From: Vicinamibacteria bacterium
Lineage (GTDB): Bacteria; Acidobacteriota; Vicinamibacteria; Marinacidobacterales; Marinacidobacteraceae
Assembly: GCA_963422395.1 (NCBI GenBank)
Contig: OY729431.1
Location: forward strand, 2,464,001 to 2,528,000
Reading direction: 5' to 3'
Length of the DNA stretch: 64,000 nt
The notes below the pieces were generated by a model. That model made no database searches. It was not told the DNA's origin and saw only the letters and a list, made by a program, of their open reading frames with translations. A program made the translations under genes and the position numbers. Below are positions 57,469 through 64,000 of this stretch, piece by piece; positions within the stretch are counted from its first letter, which is position 1; the number at the start of each line of letters is the position of its first letter.

Positions 57469-59904
57469 CTATCCGTGGCGAAGGGCGGCGATGGGTTGGA
57501 TGCGGGCGGACCGGCGGGCGGGGATGATGCTGGCTAGCACCGCGGCGCCGAGCACGATGACGAGGGTTGCGACCCAGGACGAAGGGTCGGACGCCCGCAC
57601 TCCGAAGAGCAGGCTCTGGAGCAGCCGACTCGCGAACAGCGCTCCGACGAGCCCGGCCGCAAGCCCGATGGCGGCGAGACGCATCCCCTCGCTCAGGATC
57701 AGCCGCGTCAACTCGGCGCGGCCGGCGCCGAAGGCCATCCGGACGCCGATTTCGGCGGTCCGTTCCGCAGCCAGTGCCGACACCACGCTGTAAGACCCGG
57801 CAGCCGCGAGCGCCACCGCGAGGGCGGCGAACACCGTCAGCAGCAGCGCGAGGAAGCGCGAGTCCTGCAAGGAGTCGGCGAGCACTGCCTCCATGCTGCG
57901 GAAGCCGTCCACCGGAAGCGCCGGATCGAGCTCGTGGGCGGCTTCCCGCACCGGCACCGCCAGCGCCTCGGGCGGCAGCTCCGAGCGCAGAACCACATGC
58001 ATCGCGCGCGGCGCGTAACCGGCGGCAGCGGCCGTTTGCGGGTAGTGGAAATAGACTTCGGTGCCGGTCTCGGCCCCGAGTCCGCCCTGTTTCACATCCT
58101 TGGCTACGCCGATCACGGTGAACCAGGGGATCTCGGAGCCGGGGGGCTTCAGCCGCCGTCCGATGGGATCCTGATCGGGCCAGAACAGCTCCGCTGCCGT
58201 CCGGTTCACGACCGCGACCGGCGTCGCCCCGCCGTCGTCGGAGGGAGTGAAGCCGCGCCCGGCGAGCAGCGGGATCCCCATGGTCTCGAAGTAACCCGAC
58301 CCGGCGAACTGCCAGTAATCCATGTTCTGCTCGGGATACCCCTCACTCTCGGGCAGGCCCTCGATCAGGGTGTCGTTCGCGTTCAGCCGCCGGCGCGGCG
58401 GCAGTCCGCTCATCATGGTGACGGCTTCTACCCCGGGAATCCGTTCGATCCGGGCGCTCAGCCGGTCGAGGAAGGCCAACTGGTCCGTCGACTCCGGGTA
58501 ATCGGTTTCGGGTAGAAAGGTCTGGAAGGCCGAAAGCTCCGACGGCGCAAAGCCGGGGTCCTCGGCCTGGAGAGCGAAGAGGCTTCGCACCAGCAGCAGG
58601 GAGGAGATCAGCAGCACTGCCGACAGGCCGATCTCGAAAGCCACGAGCCCCTGACGCAGCCGCCGCCGCTTCGGGGTGGTGCGGAGCCCGCCCGACTGCA
58701 GGCTCGCGAGCAGCTGCGCCTCCTGGCGTCCGGTGGCGAGGTAGGCCGCCGGCGCCGCTCCGCTGACGAGACCGGTGATCAGCACCGCAGCGACGGCGAA
58801 ACCCAGCACCGGCCACGAGATTCCGATCTCGGCGATCCGGGGGATCCCGCCGGGGTAGGCGGCGACGAGGGCTTCGGTGGCAGCCGCGGCGAGGAACACG
58901 CCGAGGGCGCCGCCGAGGCCGGCGACGATGAAGCCCTCGCCCAGGAACGGCATGGCACTCCGGAAGCGCCCCGAGCCGAGCGCGGTGCGCACGGCGATCT
59001 CGCCGCGCCGCGCCTCCGCCCGCCCGAGAACGAGATTCCCGAGGTTCGCGCAGGCGGCGAAGAGCAACACCCCGGAGAGCGCCAGCAGCGCGAGCAGTCG
59101 GGCGCTGTGCTCGCCGACCACCTCCTCATGCAGATCCACCAGGATCACTGGATGGAACTCGGGATGGGGAGCGTGGGTGTCCTGCGACTCCGATCTCCAA
59201 CGGTCGAGAAGCACCGGCAACTCCGCGCGGGCGGAATCCAGCCCGGCCCCCTCGGCGAGCCGGGCCACCATGATGTAGTTGTGGGATCCCCGCCCCGGCA
59301 AGTCGGCGGGATCGAGCGCGAGCGGAGTCCAGACCTCGATGCGGTGGTCGAGCAGGTCCACGCCTTTCGGCAGCACACCGATGACGGTGTGCTGCACCCC
59401 GTCCACCAGGAGTCGGGTTCCGAGCACCCCCGGATCGGCGCCGAAGGCCCGCTGCCAGAGACCGTGAGAGAGGACGACGACCGGTTCGGTGCCTGGGCGA
59501 TCTTCCTCTTCGCCGAAGACGCGCCCGAGAGCCGCCGAGATGCCGAGGGTGCGGAAGAGGCTGGCAGTGACAGCCGCCTCCTGGGCCCGGAAGGGCGCCC
59601 CGCCTCCCTGAAGCGAGGCCATCCCGGCATTGAAGGCCCCGGCCTCCTCGAAAGAGGAGCTCCACTCGCGGTATTCGAGGTATTCCGGCGCGGAGATCCA
59701 GAACTTGTCGAACCCCATGGTGGGGAACTGCGTCGCGACCCGGACCAGATCGTCGGGCGCCCGGTAGGGCAGCGGGGCGAAGAGCGCCGTGTTCACCACG
59801 GTGAAGACGGCGGTGTTGACACCGACGCCGAGAGCGATCACCAGGACCGCGAAGGCTGCGTAGCCGGGGTTCTTCAACAGCGAGCGAACGGCGGGGAATT
59901 TCAC
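57469..59904 (-). CDS. ADOP-type duplicated ABC permease (MacB/FtsX-like)
   Basis: RSLLKNPGYA..VIALGVGVNTAVF, CANLGNL, EIAVRTALG, EIGVRMAFGA, IPARRSARIQPIAALR; no adjacent ATPase. Confidence 0.92.
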   Translation of the reverse strand: MKFPAVRSLLKNPGYAAFAVLVIALGVGVNTAVFTVVNTALFAPLPYRAPDDLVRVATQFPTMGFDKFWISAPEYLEYREWSSSFEEAGAFNAGMASLQGGGAPFRAQEAAVTASLFRTLGISAALGRVFGEEEDRPGTEPVVVLSHGLWQRAFGADPGVLGTRLLVDGVQHTVIGVLPKGVDLLDHRIEVWTPLALDPADLPGRGSHNYIMVARLAEGAGLDSARAELPVLLDRWRSESQDTHAPHPEFHPVILVDLHEEVVGEHSARLLALLALSGVLLFAACANLGNLVLGRAEARRGEIAVRTALGSGRFRSAMPFLGEGFIVAGLGGALGVFLAAAATEALVAAYPGGIPRIAEIGISWPVLGFAVAAVLITGLVSGAAPAAYLATGRQEAQLLASLQSGGLRTTPKRRRLRQGLVAFEIGLSAVLLISSLLLVRSLFALQAEDPGFAPSELSAFQTFLPETDYPESTDQLAFLDRLSARIERIPGVEAVTMMSGLPPRRRLNANDTLIEGLPESEGYPEQNMDYWQFAGSGYFETMGIPLLAGRGFTPSDDGGATPVAVVNRTAAELFWPDQDPIGRRLKPPGSEIPWFTVIGVAKDVKQGGLGAETGTEVYFHYPQTAAAAGYAPRAMHVVLRSELPPEALAVPVREAAHELDPALPVDGFRSMEAVLADSLQDSRFLALLLTVFAALAVALAAAGSYSVVSALAAERTAEIGVRMAFGAGRAELTRLILSEGMRLAAIGLAAGLVGALFASRLLQSLLFGVRASDPSSWVATLVIVLGAAVLASIIPARRSARIQPIAALRHG

Positions 59905-59989
59905 TGGGGCGCCTCTCGTTGACCAGATAGAACGATTCCGGCTGGCTGGAGGTTCATCGAGCCGCGGCCTCGCCGTTATGCTCGGCGGC

Positions 59990-60541
59990 ATGGACATCCG
60001 CCGGAGGTTTTCCCGGGGAATCGCCGCGCTCCCGATCCTCCTGGGCGCGCTCCTCCCGGGTACAGCGGCGGCCCATGAGGAATCGGAGGAGGCGTTGGTC
60101 GCGGCCCGGTGGTTCCGGCTCGTCGAGGGACTCGACGGGAGCGAGGCGAGCCGGGAAGCGTTCCTCGCTCTCTATGCCGAAGACGCGCTCCATATCCAGG
60201 GACCCTCCGGACCGCACCAGCGGGGAAGCGCCGCCTACTGGGGACGGGAGAAGGTGGGCCTCCTCGTGGACCGGCTGCTCGCCGAGTGGACGGACCACTC
60301 GATCCGTCCCGAAGTGGCCACCGCCGCCGAGGTCTCGGAGACGGTCTGGGCCGAGGCCCCGGGCCCCTGGGGCGGCCCCTTGGTCGCCGTCCAGTTCACG
60401 ATCACCGGCACCCGCGTCGCCGACGAGACCCGCTGGCAGGTTCCGGGAGCGGCCTTCTTCCGAATCCGAGGCGGGGAACTGGTGCGGGTGCGGATCTACC
60501 TGGGACTCGGAGAAGCCGCCGAAGTCGAAATCCAGCGGTGA
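59990..60541 (+). CDS. Secreted SnoaL/NTF2-like protein
   Basis: Signal peptide; FLALYAEDA, GAAFFRIRGGELVRVRIY. Confidence 0.7.
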   Translation: MDIRRRFSRGIAALPILLGALLPGTAAAHEESEEALVAARWFRLVEGLDGSEASREAFLALYAEDALHIQGPSGPHQRGSAAYWGREKVGLLVDRLLAEWTDHSIRPEVATAAEVSETVWAEAPGPWGGPLVAVQFTITGTRVADETRWQVPGAAFFRIRGGELVRVRIYLGLGEAAEVEIQR

Positions 60542-60643
60542 ACGCTAGCACTGCCGCGGCTCTATATAGATAGCTTCGACATAGGGATAGGATGGAAAGG
60601 GAGCATGAAGGAGAGCGTTCGTCCCCGGTGTTACCTTCCGGCG

Positions 60644-61612
60644 ATGCGACGCATCGTTCCCATGTTGTTCCTGGCCACCGCCTGCTCGGCGCCGCCCGAG
60701 ATCGCCGATCCACCGGGTGAGCCCGAGACCGACCTGCCGCCCATCCTCGCCCAGAACGCCTTCCTCTACTACCGCGACCTCGCGGGTGCGGAGGCATTCT
60801 ACGGAGAAGTGCTCGGATTGCCGCTCGCCGCCGACTTCGGGTTCGCCAAGATGTTCCGGGTTGCGGAATCGGCGTACTTGACCCTCGTGGACGAAGCCGA
60901 GGGGATGCACAGTGCCGACGAGCCGAAGACGGTGGCCTTCGCGCTGATCAGCGAGCGGCTCGCCGCCTGGCAGGAGCGGCTCGACGCGGCGGGCGCCGAC
61001 TTCCGCAGCCGTTTCGACCCCGAAACGGCCGACCCGGAGGCGCCGCATCACGGCTTCACGGTGTACGACCCCGGCGGTTACCTCCTGGAGTTCGAGCGAT
61101 TCCTGCCCCACCCAGAGAACACCGAGCTGATGCCGATCCTCGATTCCACCGAGCCGCTCGGCGGGGACGGCGCGGCGGCGGGACCGGGCATGGGGTTCGA
61201 GGCCATGATCGTCTGGCTCTACTACCCGGACATCCCGCCGCTCCTCGACTTCTATCGACAGGGGTTCGGGCTGCCGCAGACCGTGGATCAGGGATGGGTG
61301 AAGATCCTGCGCACTTCGCACGCCGGATTCGTCGGCCTCGTGGACTCGAATCGGGGGATGCACTCCTTCACCGAGGAGAAGGCGGTCACGGTGAGCTTCT
61401 TCGTGGATGCGGTGGAGCCCTGGTTCGCGCGCCTCTCGTCCTTCCCCGGCTACCGCCGGCGGACCGGGATCCTCACCGAGAGCGACCGGGTGCAGGTCTT
61501 CGTCGGCTACGACCCGGCGAACTACACGATCGAGTTCGACGAGTTCTTCGAGGCCCCCGGAAACGAGGAGTTGCGGGCTCAGCTCGCAGCGGTACCCCGG
61601 CAGAACCACTAG
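60644..61612 (+). CDS. VOC/glyoxalase-family lipoprotein (tandem domains)
   Basis: Lipobox LATAC; AFYGEVLGL / DFYRQGFGL; YDPGGYLLEF / YDPANYTIEF. Confidence 0.8.
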   Translation: MRRIVPMLFLATACSAPPEIADPPGEPETDLPPILAQNAFLYYRDLAGAEAFYGEVLGLPLAADFGFAKMFRVAESAYLTLVDEAEGMHSADEPKTVAFALISERLAAWQERLDAAGADFRSRFDPETADPEAPHHGFTVYDPGGYLLEFERFLPHPENTELMPILDSTEPLGGDGAAAGPGMGFEAMIVWLYYPDIPPLLDFYRQGFGLPQTVDQGWVKILRTSHAGFVGLVDSNRGMHSFTEEKAVTVSFFVDAVEPWFARLSSFPGYRRRTGILTESDRVQVFVGYDPANYTIEFDEFFEAPGNEELRAQLAAVPRQNH

Positions 61613-61673
61613 CTGCGCAGGGGACCGGCAGCCTGCACGGCCGCCCCTCGCGGCGCCGCCGCCGGGCGCGCCG

Positions 61674-63032
61674 TTACATGTAGTCGGATTGATGGGTCGC
61701 GAGATGGTGGACGGCGCGGACCAGGGCATCCACCTCGCCGGGCATGTTGTAGAAGTGGACCGAAGCACGAACCGCGGAGAGATCGGGTTTCTCCACGGTG
61801 CGGATGAAGATCCGCTCGCGGTCCATCACTCCGGCGACGATGTTCTCGGGCGGGACCTCGCCGATGCTGAAGGCGGTGAGCGCCGCCGCGAGCCGCGGGT
61901 CCGCCGCAGTGCGCAGGGTGACCCCGGGAATACCGGAGAGCTCCTCCCGGAGGCGGTCGTTCATCGCACGGATCCGCGATTCGATGTTCTGCATGCCGAT
62001 GGTCTGCTGCAGCTCGACCGCGGCGCCGAGGGCCAGCGACGAAGCCGCGTTCCGCTGCCCGCCGAAGTCGTAGATGCGCGCGCCCTGCTGGTATTCCCCC
62101 TTCTCCTCTTCGGCGACCCAGCAGTCGGGCCAGATCCGGTCCTGCAGATCGGACCGCACATAGGCGATCCCGGTTCCGGTGCCGGCGAGCAGCCACTTCT
62201 GCCCCGCACCGGCATAGTGGTCGCAGCCCATCGCACGGAGGTCGATATCCACCATGCCGACCGGATGGGCGCCGTCCACCGAACTGAGCACTCCGTGCTC
62301 GCGCGCCAGGGTGCAGAGCTCACGGACCGGCATCATCGCGCCGGTGGGGTACATGGCGTGGCTGACCACGAGGGCGCGGGTCTTCGGCCCCATCGCCTTC
62401 CGGTAGATGTCCACTACCTGCTCCGGGCTCTCCGGCGGCCAGGGGACATCCACCCATCGGATCCGCAGGCCGTGCCGTTTTTCGAGGCCGCGGTAGATCT
62501 GGATCGGCCAGGGGTGCTCATGCGGGTTCATGAGGACTTCGTCGCCCTCGCGCCAGTCGAGCCCCATGGCGAAAACGCGCATGCCCTCGGTGGTGTTGCG
62601 GACCAGCGAGATCTCGGAGATGTCGGCGCCGAGGAACTCGGCGAGCTGGCCCCGCACCACCTCCCGATCGGCGAAGCGGTAGCCGTTCCGAGGATCCTCG
62701 GAGACCTCGCGGGCGACCCGCTCCATCGTGTCGAGCACGACCCGAGGCGACGGCCCGAGCGTGCCGTTGTTCATGAAGGTCATGCCGTCGAGCACATTGA
62801 ACTGCCCGCGAACCTTCCACCAGTAGGCCTCGTCCACGGCTCCGGCGGGAGGGACGAGGTCCCGAAGGGTGCCGGCGACCGACGGATCGGGGTTCGCAGC
62901 GCCGAGCGCCGGGCGGGCAGCGAACGCGGCGGCGGCAGTGGCAGCAGCAGCAGTGGAAGCGCCGAGGAAGCCGCGGCGGGTCCAGCCGGCGGCGCCGTCC
63001 GTTTCGGGGTTCGGGGTCTTCGGGTTCGGCAT
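61674..63032 (-). CDS. Tat-exported class V PLP-dependent enzyme (cysteine desulfurase/isopenicillin N epimerase-like)
   Basis: TRRGFL Tat motif; NNGTLGPSP, NTTEG, EHP, VDGAH, GQKW, RASVHFYN. Confidence 0.88.
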   Translation of the reverse strand: MPNPKTPNPETDGAAGWTRRGFLGASTAAAATAAAAFAARPALGAANPDPSVAGTLRDLVPPAGAVDEAYWWKVRGQFNVLDGMTFMNNGTLGPSPRVVLDTMERVAREVSEDPRNGYRFADREVVRGQLAEFLGADISEISLVRNTTEGMRVFAMGLDWREGDEVLMNPHEHPWPIQIYRGLEKRHGLRIRWVDVPWPPESPEQVVDIYRKAMGPKTRALVVSHAMYPTGAMMPVRELCTLAREHGVLSSVDGAHPVGMVDIDLRAMGCDHYAGAGQKWLLAGTGTGIAYVRSDLQDRIWPDCWVAEEEKGEYQQGARIYDFGGQRNAASSLALGAAVELQQTIGMQNIESRIRAMNDRLREELSGIPGVTLRTAADPRLAAALTAFSIGEVPPENIVAGVMDRERIFIRTVEKPDLSAVRASVHFYNMPGEVDALVRAVHHLATHQSDYM

Positions 63033-63333
63033 GTCAGGGTCTCCTCAGGATCTCCGGGAAGCGCACCGACCAGCGAGCACCGCGAACCGGAGAGGCCCCG
63101 GACGCTATCCGCTCGCGAGCCGAGCCGTCAATGGCCACTCGGGGGCTGCGCCGGGGGAGCTTCGGACAGGCGGTCGCAGGGGAGCGGACCGAGGCCCCAC
63201 GGAAAGCTGCTCTTCCCGCCTATAGAAGAGGATGTTGCGCTTGCTTCGCAGGGGCTCGATGGGTGTCCCCGCATGGATGACGATTTTTGTCCAGGTGATC
63301 GAGTATCCTGTCTTGCTTCAGACCCTCTCTGCG

Positions 63334-64000
63334 ATGCCTTCTCGATCTGATCACTATTTCGCGCACAGCGCCCCCTCCGAAAACCCGTCCTCGTGGCACC
63401 GGCTGGACGACCACCTCCGGCACACCGGAGACCGCGCCGCCGGCTTCCTCGAACGGGTCGGGCTCGCCCACTTCGGTCGGGCCGCCGGGCTCCTCCATGA
63501 CCTCGGCAAGTACACCGAGAAGTTCCAGCAGAGGCTCCGCGGCGGCCCGCGCGTGAATCATTCGACAGCCGGAGCCAAAATCGCGTGCGAACGCTATCCA
63601 GGCATCATCGGAAAAATGCTGGCATTCGGTGTTGCCGGCCATCACGCGGGACTTGCGAATGGTGTGAACGGCGAGAAAATCACTGCCCTCGCCGATCGGT
63701 TGCGCGAAAACACCCCCGAACTCGACCCGTTATGGAGCCAGGAAATACAACTCCCGCCGCTTGGTCCACCGCAGATCCAGAGCCGCAGTCGGGAGAACGC
63801 CGGATTTTCCGGGTCGTTCCTGATCCGCCTGCTGTTCTCGGCCCTGGTGGACGCAGACTATCTCGATACCGAGGCCTATTACGCAAGAATCGAGAAAACG
63901 AGTCCGAGTCGCGGAGGCCACCCCTCACTCGGAATACTTCGCGACCGCCTCGATGCCCACCTCGAAGGGCTCACCGCGCGGGCCTCGGCCAGCGAAGTGA
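63334..64000 (+). CDS. cas3: CRISPR-associated Cas3, N-terminal HD nuclease domain (type I-C-like), truncated by the window edge
   Basis: Hand translation from ATG 63334: YFAHS...LDDHL...AGLLHDLGKY...VNHSTAG...VAGHHAGL...LFSALVDADYLDTE; frame open to the end. Confidence 0.92.
   Translation, partial: MPSRSDHYFAHSAPSENPSSWHRLDDHLRHTGDRAAGFLERVGLAHFGRAAGLLHDLGKYTEKFQQRLRGGPRVNHSTAGAKIACERYPGIIGKMLAFGVAGHHAGLANGVNGEKITALADRLRENTPELDPLWSQEIQLPPLGPPQIQSRSRENAGFSGSFLIRLLFSALVDADYLDTEAYYARIEKTSPSRGGHPSLGILRDRLDAHLEGLTARASASEV

Noticed and set aside
63220-63928. Minus-strand ORFs at the right edge
   Set aside because: Antisense to the cas3 frame, which carries clear HD motifs
1-64000. tRNA, rRNA, prophage or integrase genes
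   Set aside because: None recognised by eye; intergenic spaces are short and no phage hallmark proteins were seen

Overview
High-GC bacterial chromosome segment, most likely Acidobacteriota (inferred from an ADOP-type duplicated orphan permease, a DUF5916-type protein and an acidobacterial-type IS1182-like transposase remnant). It is mostly housekeeping and metabolism: uvrA, uvrC, trpS-scpA-scpB followed by an in-frame rluB-cmk fusion, glmS, glcDEF, dtd, secA-guaB, comM/yifB, ccdA-cytochrome c-tlpA, rnd, phhA and several transporters. Layered on this are traces of mobile and defence turnover: an internally deleted IS1182-like element with a derived CTAG-flanked MITE and scattered orphan ends, a frameshifted and IS-truncated DUF262 gene, a collapsed RHH/PIN toxin-antitoxin chimera, and the start of a type I-C-like cas3 that runs off the right edge (missed by the ORF track). 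The most unusual signal is an AT-richer three-gene islet at 51.5-52.7 kb. It encodes a putative lipoprotein, a secreted peptide whose 10 cysteines have perfectly mirror-symmetric spacing (3-6-10-3-7-3-10-6-3, predicting a five-disulfide helical hairpin), and a translationally coupled membrane protein, next to a divergent sigma-70 paralog. No rRNA, tRNA or CRISPR array was seen. All calls are by eye from motifs, and many start codons are approximate.
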